The position numbers and the translations under genes were made by a program. Source: Phoronis australis (lineage: Eukaryota; Animalia; Phoronida). From it: DNA of 64,000 nt. The notes under the pieces were generated by a model. The model was not told where the DNA came from and searched no databases. It saw only the letters and a list, made by a program, of their open reading frames with translations. Where the stretch lies: contig NMRA01000017.1 of NCBI GenBank assembly GCA_002633005.1, forward strand, positions 1,506,944-1,570,943, read 5' to 3'. Positions 52,590-64,000 of this stretch are shown here, piece after piece (position 1 is the first letter of the stretch; each line of letters begins with the position of its first letter).

Positions 52590-53160
52590 TACCAGCATAA
52601 TACTACCATATTATTCAAAAAAGCTGATGCATCTGATCCCAGCAACAATAGGGGCATTATGTTATTGAATGTTGTCAGGAAAGTCTTCACTTCAGTTCTA
52701 AATAAACGGCCGACTTCATGGGTTGACGAAAATGCTTTTTTGCTGAAGTACAAGCCGGGTTCAGAAAATAGTACTCAACTGTGGATAACATTTTTATTCT
52801 CAACAACTTGATACAAAAATTCTTGTTGAAACGTCAATCCAAACCATGTTATTGTACATTTATTGACTTCAGTAAAGCTTTTGATTCTATAAAAATAGGG
52901 ATAAACTCATTTTACATCTTAGTATCGGAAGGCGTCGTAGGTTCTACTTTTAAAATGTTACAAGATAACTATTAGAATGTTAAATGAAAATAACCCGACA
53001 TGAGTTTGAATGCATAGAAGGTGTCAGACAAGACTGCATGATTAGACCTGTTATTTTCTGAAGTACAGACTGGTAGAAACAGTGGCATACAGGTTAACCA
53101 AGATAGCAATGTATTGACTTGTTACTTTTTGCAGACCATGTCACCTTGGTTGGCGACATT
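52590..53160 (+). mobile_element. Non-LTR retrotransposon (CR1/L2-type LINE) reverse transcriptase remnant
   Basis: ILFKKADASDPSNNRGIMLLNVVRKVFTSVLNKR; QAGFR; STVDNIFILNNLIQK; CTFIDFSKAFDSI; GVRQ; broken by frameshifts and stops. Confidence 0.88.
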
Positions 53161-53334
53161 GTAGTGATGATCAGTTGGTAGCAAGTATAAAACAACGTTT
53201 TGAGAACTCATGAACATGATCACAAAATTGACCTATGAAGTTATGATTTTTTTTGACTACCTACCTGCCCAGATGTTAAAAGTAGGGTCGAGTAAGGACA
53301 AAGATATTTTTAAGACTGGCCTTAGCGTACATAC

Positions 53335-53519
53335 CTCCATCTGAAGAAGCATTAACGGTCTTTGGCTGAAGACCACGATTGACACCAACTACTGTGGCAT
53401 AATAGGTGGTATTGTGCAGGAGGTCGCCATAGTAACAGTAAGATTTGGTCAGATGTGGCACTTCTGTTATTGCAAGTGCAGTATCATTCTGTGAATCCAG
53501 CGAAAATCCAACAAAGTAC
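53335..53519 (-). CDS. Giant FN3-like protein exon
   Basis: gttgccag|G...G|gtatgt; (K)YFVGFSLDSQNDTALAITEVPHLTKSYCYYGDLLHNTTYYATVVGVNRGLQPKTVNASSDG; phase 2 to 1. Confidence 0.9.
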
Positions 53520-53733
53520 CTGGCAACAGGAAACAGCGGTTAATTTTTATGGCTAGTTTATCCTTTACGCAAATGACATACCATGTCAAAACGCATAAAC
53601 CAACTGAAGATGTATGCATGTTGAAGGATACTGTGATTCAGGAATCTCAACATCACGTTGAAAGTGTCACACCTTACTCTCATGAGGATTGATTTTTGTT
53701 TGATCATATTCAAGTACAAAATCAAACACTTAC

Positions 53734-53911
53734 TTGTCAATTCCAGTATCTGGATCAAAGAAATCCTTCCAATGGGCACACAGAGATGTGTTGTCTGCCT
53801 GGTACGCGATGTCCTGATGCAGATTCAAACCATCAAGTACTTGACCGGCTAAAGGGGGTGTTGTGTCCTTCAATAGTGGTGCTTCCGAGTGCCCAGTGTC
53901 AAACAACATAA
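53734..53911 (-). CDS. Giant FN3-like protein exon (not in the ORF track)
   Basis: gctgcag|TT...AA|gtaagt; (V)MLFDTGHSEAPLLKDTTPPLAGQVLDGLNLHQDIAYQADNTSLCAHWKDFFDPDTGID; phase 1 to 2. Confidence 0.92.
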
Positions 53912-54121
53912 CTGCAGCATGGACAATTGAAACATTTAATAAAATACTGAACTCAACTTCAACCCTGTTTCTATGAAAAAGGACAATTAAGTAAATGTTT
54001 CAAATTTTAACCAGGAACTAAAAACCAGGAGTTGTTTAATTCACATTTTTGACTGCCTAAATGCTCTCAACGTCATGAATGTAGGCATTCAAGAAAAGCA
54101 TATTATTTATTCTTAGAATAC

Positions 54122-54530
54122 ACAAGAGCAATGAGGAGTGTTGAAATGCACCCACGGCAACGTGAGCACCACAAATGTCAGATTGTTTGCATTCCAATGA
54201 TGTCTAACGAACAGACGAAATGTCGAATTAATATGAACTTTTTCATTTGTCCGTTTTTTCATTCTATTATTTCCAAAAACTGAAAACATGTTTGCTACAC
54301 TTTATGAAAATCATTCAAGGAACTTCCAAGAAACAAACAGGCAAATATAAAAAGTAAAATTGCCACTGGGGGTCACAGCAATAATTGGATCGGTCCGAAG
54401 TTGATGGTTTTCCGTCATCAGCTTCACAGCAACATAAATCTTCCAAATTTCAATAAGGTTCTGCAAAGGGCTTAGAAGTAACAGTAGTGGACGCTGGAAG
54501 CCCAAAAAGAGATGACAACAATACACACAA
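54122..54530 (+). mobile_element. HINE family copy, degenerate
   Basis: ACAAGAGCAATGAGGAGTGTTGAAATGCACCCAC start plus one core repeat. Confidence 0.55.
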
Positions 54531-54534
54531 ATAT

Positions 54535-55050
54535 TATTTAAGTATTGAATTATTTTACTTCATATGCGTGTCTGACCCATTTTGTATAAGCGGTTCTGAT
54601 TTATTTTATCCCTTGTATGACCTACTTCTCATAACAACCATTTATTCAAAAATCTGGTCACCCTGTCATCATGTATTGATATTATTTAAGTATACTTTAT
54701 GTAATCCGCTCTGACCATTTTGTGTAAGCATCTGTGACCTCTTTAATCGCACATATGAAAGACTTCTCATAACAATTTATTATTCATGAAATCCTTTATT
54801 CATACAGCTGTAACTGCCATTGACACTTATCTTCATTTCTACATATTCAATCTCAATAATAATAATTATTATTCAAAAACCTGCCCAGCCCGTTATCAGG
54901 TATTGATATTATTTAAGTAAGCGGCTCTGAACTATTTCACGTAATAATTTATTATTCACATGATACTTTTATTCGGAGAGCTGTCACTGCCATTGACCCC
55001 TATCATCATTTTCTATGTACTCGTTCTCAATTATCATTCAAAAACATCCC
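54535..55050. repeat. Degenerate AT-rich tandem repeats
   Basis: Recurrent tattgatattatttaagta, ctgaccatttt, acttctcataac, ctgccattgac. Confidence 0.6.
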
Positions 55051-55148
55051 ACACAGTCAACAATATATTTTAATATCCTCTACTTATTTTCAGACATTGT
55101 TAAAAACCATACAGCATCATCATTTTCATCATTGTGGTATATCGTTAC

Positions 55149-55682
55149 CTTTGTCAAGAGCACGGAGGCGGATCCACGCTGGCACACCATTGCCAATGCC
55201 AACATCCTCAATCACGATGTAGTTCTTCTTCCTTATTATATGGGTATGTTCAGAGTAACCACGCACCTTGACATCATATTTTGTATGCCCAAGTCCGAAG
55301 TCAACTCGCTTTATTCCAGACAGGGAATCTGACACATTATAATATAGAAACAATATGTCAAAATCCTCATCATAGAAATATGAGCCTACTGAATGCACCT
55401 CGGGTTTAGTTGTATCAACGAGGATCGGCTTGCTGTGACAGACAGTTGTAACCAGTGCACCACCAAACACAATGCTGTTAAGTGCTTGCACTGTGGTGTA
55501 GTAATAGCCATCTTGGAGATTGAGGTCAGAGGTTAAACCATTGTGAGTCCAGTAGTCCTTGCCAGACAGATGCTTGTGTGGATCATCGTATGGGCTCACG
55601 TCAGTTCCACAGACAGTGCTGCCTGCAGCCCATGTATATCCCCAAATGTCAGTTTCACCATCATGAAACCCATCCCAGTGGG
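55149..55682 (-). CDS. Giant FN3-like protein exon
   Basis: tctactag|CC...G|gtaacg; (A)HWDGFHDGETDIWGYTWAAG...VDTTKP...WIRLRALDK; phase 1 to 1. Confidence 0.93.
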
Positions 55683-58279
55683 CTAGTAGATAAAGGAGAG
55701 AAAGGAAAATCAAATACAAACTTTAATTTCTTTTCACGTGTATTAAACCTTTCAAACATGAAATAGTATCATATAGTTTAAGCTCAATCTCTCATCAAGA
55801 AAGTATGATATAAAGTTTCATGTCATGACAAAGTCATTATAACAACAATACACATATTGTGAATTACAGATAGCTAGTCCTTTCTTTATGAAATAACAAA
55901 ATTTTTGAACATGTCTACATTTTTGCCAAGTTGCAATAAGTCATACAACTATTCATCAATGTTAAAGACTGATTCAGCACTATCTTTACAAAAGCATTCA
56001 CAATTTGTTTAACATGTTTAAGGCTGGAACCCTTTGTTATTATTGTTTTTGAATCCAGTGAGTTCGCTTTCTTAATATTATTACAAAGCAATAAAACCAT
56101 GGGCAAAACAATTTCATTAACTGCTTCAACAAAGAGATTCATTTCTATTTCAAGTTTGCGATTTCGCCTCCACATAATTAGTGTTGCGCAGGAGTTTTTA
56201 AAATGTTAAAAAATTCATCATTTTATTGGAGTATTCTCCACATCTGAAAATCTAAACAGGTCGCACACATAAAAACTGAAACAAACATGACGGAACCGTG
56301 CGGCGGTCAACGTTCTCCGGGGGCTAGTGTGCGCTTTATTTTTACCCACGCACTTCAACAGTAATGCACAGTATTGCAAACAAATAACTGTGTTTGTTCA
56401 ACTTTTTATTTTTAAAAGGTGGACTTACTGGAATTTACAAACATATGACATAACCCATTTGTTTAGTCAATGACTTTGAAATCGAAGTCTAAACAGACGT
56501 GGTTGATACAGTATGAGGAAATGTTTTACTCAATACTTGTGATGTCAACATCAACTAAGACCAAAAAATCTAAGATATAGTAAACTTTTCCCACGAAGTA
56601 GATAGTCCAAGTGAAGTGTCTTTCAAAGCCAGTTGTAATTTTAGGTCTTGACAGCCGAGTATACGTTTTCTCTTAGTCTAATGTCTGGTACAGCATTCTT
56701 ATAGTCAATACCCCTGCCTGCATTTTTTGTCTGAATTCAATGTTCTTAAGTTAGTACAACCTTAAACTTCTGCACTACCAGAATCCTTGTAAAAGCTGCA
56801 CAATGTCCTTCCATCGAATACAAATTAGGTAGAGTAAACAAAACGATAGACGCGCATTTTCATTTACTGGGACGGAGGTGTTAGGTCTGTTGACGAAAAC
56901 CAATATTTCTAGAAAGATATCGACTGGGTTGTCAAACGCTTGCAACTATGGAATTTACATAATTTTCAGGATTGTCACAAACTCATTTATCCAGCTGAGA
57001 ACCATCTATTCTCAAGTTGGAGAGAATTGTAAGAATACCGATGTCGGATGCTGTCGGTAAAATATTTGCGATTCGTTGACTGAGCCCAGCAGTATCAGCA
57101 CCATCGGATCTGGATTATCTGTCGTATCTGCATCTGAGTCAACATCAGTATCTAAAATATCTCTCGGTTTTCAAAATAATTCCTTAGCAGTCCTACACCT
57201 TCCCGCGGCAGACAACATTAATAACTAATTAGAATGCGTATGTCAATTGGTAGTGGATGCCAGGATAGAGTTCAGTAACCTAAGGACCACGCAAGGAAAA
57301 CAAGACCCTGCGAGATTACGCGAGATATCACCACGTATTTTCAATGAGAGCACGTGATTTTGGCTACAATTTCTCACACCGAGACATACATTTTGAAGTT
57401 TACCCTGTGACGTCACTAGATGTCCCAAATGTCGGAATTACTCCCCCGAAACTGCAAACGTTGCGCACGCCCGCTACCTAGGCTGGTGCGAACCATTTGG
57501 CAGATTTTCAGAGGGAATACGCGCCACAGATATAATGCATATGCTGCCAACGAAACTCTTTAGAAGGCAATGAGATAAATTCCATGTCGATGTCCCGGTG
57601 GCACCAAAGTAACCAATAATATTCATCTAAGTGAGAAATGCCCGAACAACAACCAATGATAATCATTTAAAAGCATTTGCACGCTAATACTACACGCTAC
57701 TAATGTTAATACTGGTGTCGGTGAGCCCATGGAATACTGAAAAATACGCTACAAAAATAAAATTCTGGTCACCCAAAAGATGGCCGTTGTAAAAGCTCCA
57801 GCGCAACGGTGTTTTTGGCAACTAGTTAGACTTCGCAAAACTAACCACTGAGCCTAAATTATTTGCAATGGGTAATGTGATCAGTTGTCCGCCGAACGCA
57901 AAAGGTGACTACAAAAGGTGACTACAAAAGGTGACTACAAACGCAATTAGGCCTAACGTAACGATCAGCAACTTTCGTGCCGGACTGCACCTTTATTGAG
58001 AAGGTAGTGGATTTAAGGCTTATAGGTGGCACTGGGCCTTTGTTTAAATTCGAATGACTATGAGTAGTCATCCGAGATGAATTGAAAAGATGAATGAGAG
58101 ATAATTCACAAGCCGCCTTACACCATAAATAGACTAGCCACCCGCTCTGCCGCTTGAGTGAGATCGGTGATCAGGCTTTCGGCAACTGACCACGACTAGC
58201 CTTTATTCAGTTTCAAAGGGCTATGGCGAGTTGCTGTCAAGCGTAATTTGAACCAGTGAAGACCTTATTAACGATGACG

Positions 58280-58436
58280 AAGCCTTTTTTACAAACTGGT
58301 CCCTATTTTTTAAACCGGTCGTGATATTTTTAAACAGGACGCGAGACATTTAAACAGGACGCGAGACATTTAAACAGGATGCGCGTTCCGCCAACAGGAC
58401 GCTGTGACACGTTAAAAGCTGTCGTGAAGAACACTG
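58280..58436. mobile_element. Terminus of a hAT-like element with subterminal repeats
   Basis: Tandem ttaaacaggacgcgagacat units ending in gaagaacactg (reverse complement CAGTGTT); partner TIR and TSD not securely found. Confidence 0.4.
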
Positions 58437-58775
58437 TATAGTCAAAATTTACTGAACTTCCGAGGGAAAACAATATGTTTGCGAATGTGAACAGTACGGT
58501 TTAGCTAAGACATGACACCGCTTGCACAAAAGCCACCCATATTTACACTAACTAGTCAAAATAACCTATACACATAAGTAATTTAATGAGTAATAATAAA
58601 GGAAAATCAAAAATTCCATAAAGGAAAGCATTAAAGGAATATTGAAACAAGAAAAATATACAAGAGCTAAACAAACAAAAGATAAACAAAAAGAATCCAG
58701 TAATACACCTCTAAATTCTTTCTATGAAACATTCAATTTGGCAGTATCAATAATATTACAGTCTGGTAACAGTAC

Positions 58776-58870
58776 CTGATATATAGTTGTTGCTAGATGT
58801 ATACTCTAAGTCAACCATTCTTTCATGTCCATTTAGTACAGTTGTTGACCCATACCCATCGATAATAATC
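58776..58870 (-). CDS. Giant FN3-like protein exon
   Basis: ttttacag|G...G|gtactg; (R)IIIDGYGSTTVLNGHERMVDLEYTSSNNYIS; phase 2 to 1. Confidence 0.9.
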
Positions 58871-59225
58871 CTGTAAAAAATAAAAATAACCAAACTGAAA
58901 GCAAATATATTCCACACAATTTTTCTATATTATGTAAGTCACGCAATGGACAAGTCTATTTTACGTCAATGTGCCTACCCTAGCAATTAACTATATCCAA
59001 TACTGAACAACTGGATTGGTGCAGACTCTCATGTAATTTTGTAATAATGTTGAGATGCTTTGAGAAAAAGTTAAATCATGTCAGCTAATTGGTAAGTTTG
59101 TTATTTATTTTGCTCGTTGTGTATCTTTAGCATTCAGCCAGATTCCTAATAGTCAATCAAGAGAGAATTAAGTTTTGTTTAACAATTTTATGCATCAAGT
59201 GCATCAATCATAGATAGTAGTTTAC

Positions 59226-60380
59226 CTATGATTTGGATGCCAGGTAAGCTCCTGACATCTCTGGGTAATCGCCGCACTGCACTTATCATGCCTCATGATG
59301 TCTTGAGTCGCGTTCACAATGTGTCCTGGCACTGGTGGGGTGAAGTCAATGATCGTTCCTTGCGACGAAAAGAAGCTCTGATAACCCAATGTGTTGGTCA
59401 CATGTGCGTTGATGAAGTAGAGCTCTGCATGCTGAAGGGGGAGATTATCATACTCGAACATGTGAGTGTGACCAATGATTCGTTGGTAGTTGTGAAAGGC
59501 TCCACTGTGCTTTATCTTTGTGAACTCTCCCTCGATTGAATTGTGAAGGAGGCACTCTCGTGTTTGAGAGTCATAGTCAAACGATATGCATTTTGTTTGG
59601 TACTTAATGCATTCTGCTGCACAATAACGATCAGTGAAAGATTTCAGTTTCCTGAAAGGTTCTGACGTCAGTTTTCCTCGACGAGGGTAAGCAAAATGCT
59701 TCAGTTCATCAGATTTGTCCTTATTTTCTGTCACTGCTGACGGGCTGAACACTTCCCAGTCTGTCAAAGTGTTGCCAACTTGGCCCTGCCCTACTCCAAC
59801 AGCCTTATATTGTTTTACTTTCAGTGGTGAATCTTCATGGATCACCACAGTGGCACTGAGTTTGTGTGGATGACTCGACATGTCATAAGAAGCTTGCAGA
59901 TTCCCATTTGGTACAGTCATATCATAAGTGTTCAGAAAACACTGTGCCGTGCTCCCAAGGCCTTGAGAATTGGTGACCTTGACCGTCCAGTACAAGGGTA
60001 TTCCGTGCTCCAGAATGACAGGGACAGTCACTGAAGGACCCCCCATCTCTGTCCAGTCTTGGATGTTGTTGCCACCAGGATGCGAGCCTATAGCATAGTG
60101 ACGTTTGATGTCACTAACTTCGTCCATTGCAGCCACTTCCAATATGAAGGCTGGGTCAGAAGGGTCACGCTTTGGTAGCTGAGTCACAGAACAGCCTTCT
60201 TTGATGGCACGTTTGTTTTTACTAACGGTGGTAGGCAGGAGGTTGGGTGGAGACTTATCTGGCTCCACCAGGGGTTTGTCCAGAACAACACCACGGATAC
60301 TCGGAGCTGTGTACTCCCAAATGGTGAAAGACCACTTCTTAGAGAAGAAGAGAAGTCTTATTTTCACAAAGGCGGACAGC
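59226..60380 (-). CDS. Giant FN3-like protein exon with PAN/Apple module; most 5' exon identified in the window
   Basis: gccttag|G...AG|gtaaac; 381-aa ORF; CAAECIKYQTKCISFDYDSQTRECLL fits the PAN/Apple C-x3-C...C-x-S-F-x-Y...C-x-L pattern. Confidence 0.93.
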
Positions 60381-61208
60381 CTAAGGCGTAATGGAATAAG
60401 GACAACTTCGATTTTAATTCTGCAATATAAAGCAATGCTATGTTCACTTAATTACACTAACTCAGCACCAACACTTACACTTGTCTTTTTAAAGGGTGCT
60501 TTAAATACTAATTGTCAACCTGTATCATAATAAAAAGTGTTACAAACTTATGAGACAAGTTTAAAAAACAATAACTCAAAACCAGAGCAAGGCACCTTTT
60601 GCATCACATACAGTGCAGATAAGAGATACTTACTTTTAAACATAACTAAACAGTGCAATGCCAATAAGCTTGACAATAGCCTTAAAGAGACAGCAAAGCA
60701 AATCAGAATGTCCTCAATAAGAACTGTCATCTGCCACATTTTATTAAGTTTCTTCAAGACGTTTTGCAGAGAGGGACATCAAAGGAAAAACAAAGGACAT
60801 CAAAACAATAGAAAGAACGCAGGGGGTGCAACCTAGGTCAAATCCATCTGCAACAGGGCAGGTACTGTTGTCTACATTACAGCAACTTAGTAGATATAAA
60901 GAAGGCAAACTTAAAGAAAAACACAATTGCCACCTGGCGACAACACAGATCTCTGATTTGTCCTAAAATCCATGTCATTTGTACTCTCCTCAATAAAAGA
61001 CATGCCAAACTTAATGCAAATTCATCAAGGAGCATGTAAAGAACCAAAAGCAAAACAATAACTAGCCACAAGAAGGCTGTTGGAACCTTTGAAAAATATG
61101 AGCTATGCACTACCTATTAGGAACACATACATGCAAATTTTCAAAACAATCCTAAGTGATTTGGCCAATCCAGATGCAAAAGGCCAAAAGCCTCACTCTA
61201 AGTAATAG

Positions 61209-63311
61209 CAAGAGCAATGCAGAGTGTTGAAATGCGCCCACGAATGCATTGCAAATGGTGTGCTTTTAAGGTCGAGCGGTCTCTGAAACTTACCTCTATT
61301 CAACACCGTGGACCGCTTTATCGGTCTCACGATATGCCGAACTTCCAAGCAACAGCATATTTGGTTGATTAGGGGAATTCTTTTGTGTACGTCACAAATT
61401 TAAATATAGACTTACTTTCATTTCTAACAGCTTTTCTGATTCGTTGCTGAGATGTAATGCAAGTTATTGAAGGGGTTTTCCCTCGCCAAAACAAAATGTA
61501 GGCCGACGGCGATTCAGACGTAGACTTTTCAAATGACGAAATTGGCAATAATTTATATGTATTTTACTTAATCAATATATAAGATAACTCAAAAAGGAAT
61601 TCTTATATATCTGGCCAGATTTTGTTGACTATTACGACAGAGAAATTGATTTACATGGCTTTGAACCGGAGGAAAACTTTACAGGTCGCGAATTTCGCAA
61701 TTGGGTCAAACAAACGCCGTTGAACTCCGAAAACTTCGCAATTTTTCTGAACATGTGGAGTACTCTAGACTGTAAGATGGTGCTGATAAGCAAGTTGAGT
61801 ACTTTAAAAATTTCTATATCGATGAAATATTCGGTGAAATTGTCAGGGTAATTAATTTGAACGCCAAAACGAAGCGCGAGTAACAACCGGAAGTGGACAA
61901 ATTTGAATCGTTGAACATAACGATCGCCTAACTTAAGTCACTTTATGGCCTTCAAATGTAAATAGAAGATGTGAAATATGATCGAAAATGTATCTTAAGA
62001 AATTTTACTGAAGAATATTGATGACGCTGTTACTCATAAATCATTTTTATTCTTTAAACGATACATTGAATTGGCAAATTGGCAAACAAACACCAGCATT
62101 TCAGGTGTTACTTACCTGCATCACGTGAGAGATTTTTTAATTTTGGTGAAATTGTAGATAAAGTTCATTCTGTTTTCTACATTTTGGTGTATCACACTTT
62201 GAAATTTAAAGATAAAGGGATTGTCTAGTGAATTTTGAAAAGAAGCACCTCAGTTCAGCCCATGTGTGCTAAGTTACTTGGAGTTCAGGGACACAATGGC
62301 CGACAGTTACTTGGAGTTGAAAGAGTTAAGAGATATCACTATGGGCGTAAAATAAACTACCACAAGGAGGCGCCACAGTAATCAGTCACCATCATCAAAG
62401 GTCGTCTTCACACTGAGAACATATATGCCAATTTACAAATGATTTAGTTGATACAGGGATGGACACCAAAAACAAGATTTGAAAACAGCAAAAGTGGCCA
62501 CTAGGTAGTGCAAAATACCTCGATTCCATCCAAAAACAGGCAGATAGCATCACCACACCAATAGATGCCTATATTTACAATTTTATGAAAATCTGTTGAG
62601 GACCTTTGAAGACACCGAGTTAAACGTAAAAAACTAAATTGACACTAGGGGGCACAGCAGTAGTCAGATCTGTCTGAAAGTCGTCGTCATCCGTAGTCAA
62701 CATCACATAAATACACTTGCTAAATTAAGTAAAGATCATGCGATCGGTTTGGGAGGTACAGCCATAGGCGCAACAAAAACAAAACTGCCACTAGGAGGCA
62801 CCACAGTAGTCAAAATCGTTGGAAAATCATTGTTAACCTTCCTCTTCATAGTAAGCACATACATGCCAATTTTCACAATCACCCTTTAAGCGGTTTGGTT
62901 TATAGAGGGGTGGACGCAAAAAAACACACTCGAAAACATTAAAAATGGCCACTTGGTAGCGCAAACTACGTCAAATTCATCCGAAAATGGTGGGAGAATA
63001 GCGTCATCTCACTAATAGGTGCCTACATACCAAATTTCATGAAAATCCGTTCAACACTTTTGAAGATACAAAGGCAAGCGTAAAAAACTAAAATTGCCAC
63101 CAGGGGACCCACCGGTTACCGGGTAGTCGGATCCGTCTGAAAGTTCGCTCATGCTGTCCCATTCATGAACGGAACATATATGCCAAATTTCATGATCGTA
63201 TGTCAAAGGGTTTTGGAGATAGGGCAGAGGACGCCGGACGAACGCCGCCCCGACGGACAGACGGAGATGACGGCATAATGCGTCCACATATAAATATGTG
63301 GGCGCATAAAA
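61209..63311 (+). mobile_element. HINE family copy, near full-length with an internal insert; further core repeats continue to about 63900
   Basis: 5' CAAGAGCAATGCAGAG..ATGCGCCCAC; several core repeats; GGAC-rich tract; 3' atgcgtccacatat-aa-atatGTGGGCGCATaaaa, inverted to the 5' motif. Confidence 0.7.
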
Positions 63312-64000
63312 ATGGCCAGTAGGTGACATAAAATACATTGAATCATTAGAAAAGGTGCTATCCAGGTTTAAATTTAATCTATTCGGATAATTTCATGAAA
63401 ATGCATGGACTCCGAAGATACAGAGTAAAACGTAAAAAAATAAAATTGTTTAGAGGGCTCACTGATGATCAGGTCCATCTGAAAACTCATCATTCTCAGA
63501 AATGTAAATCAAAATCTTAAGAGGTTTAAAATATACAGCCCCTGACGAGAAAAAATGCACCTAGGGGGTGCCACAATAGTTGGAGTTGTCCAAAAATCAT
63601 CATCTTCCCAGTAAAAACACGTTCCAATTTTTATAATAATCCTTTGAGTGGTTTGTCAGATAGAGACGCCAAGAACTGATTAAAAAGTTAACAAACTGAC
63701 CACTAGGTGGCACACAATACTGAAACGTTGAATCCATATGCAAATGGTAAGATGTCACCTCCCTCTTAAATTAACGTATTTGCCAAACTTCATGAAAATA
63801 CATCAAGGAACTAGGGGGAGCAGCAATAGTCAGAATTATCTGAAAGTCATCTCCACATGAGGACACTTAAGTAAGACACATATCAATTTCCACAATCTGT
63901 TTACTGTCATGGTAGGAGGCAACGTTTTTGATAAGATCGAACTCAGTCAGGCATACTTGCAGTTCGAGGTTGATTTGCAGTCTCGCAAGTATTTTACACT

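Noticed and set aside
57898-57942. Triple 13-bp repeat aaaaggtgactac as a regulatory array
   Set aside because: Short perfect tandem inside probable transposon-derived intron sequence; slippage is a sufficient explanation
1909-63338. Remaining 60-130 aa ORFs in the track as independent genes
   Set aside because: They fall in repeats, introns or antisense to real exons and show no recognisable motifs or splice-consistent partners

Overview
AT-rich, intron- and transposon-rich genomic DNA from an invertebrate animal (lineage not determinable from this window); there are no prokaryotic features. (1) + strand, 159-5004: the last six coding exons of a mitochondrial-clan cytochrome P450 (I-helix, Exx[15 protein letters not shown] heme motif, stop at 5002-5004). 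(2) - strand, convergent with it: 15 phase-consistent exons (60380 down to 34635, about 2,870 aa after removing an assembly duplication, 5' end outside the window) encode a giant extracellular protein with many FN3-like 'DxTPP' repeats, a PAN/Apple module and a RRRKKR furin site. Further downstream, 7-8 phase-consistent exons (about 26627 down to 12292) encode a divergent ZP-like module, one transmembrane helix and a tyrosine-motif-rich tail. Whether these two blocks form one receptor or two tandem genes is unresolved. Introns and intergenic DNA hold a decayed Academ DNA transposon nested in a foldback element, Helentron-type (HINE) repeats, TA-flanked pogo/mariner-like elements, a LINE RT remnant, tRNA-derived sequences and a 46-bp minisatellite. 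A 508-bp duplication around the N at 48052 is probably an assembly artefact. All exon calls come from manual reading of splice sites and phases, and family assignments come from motif recognition, not database searches.
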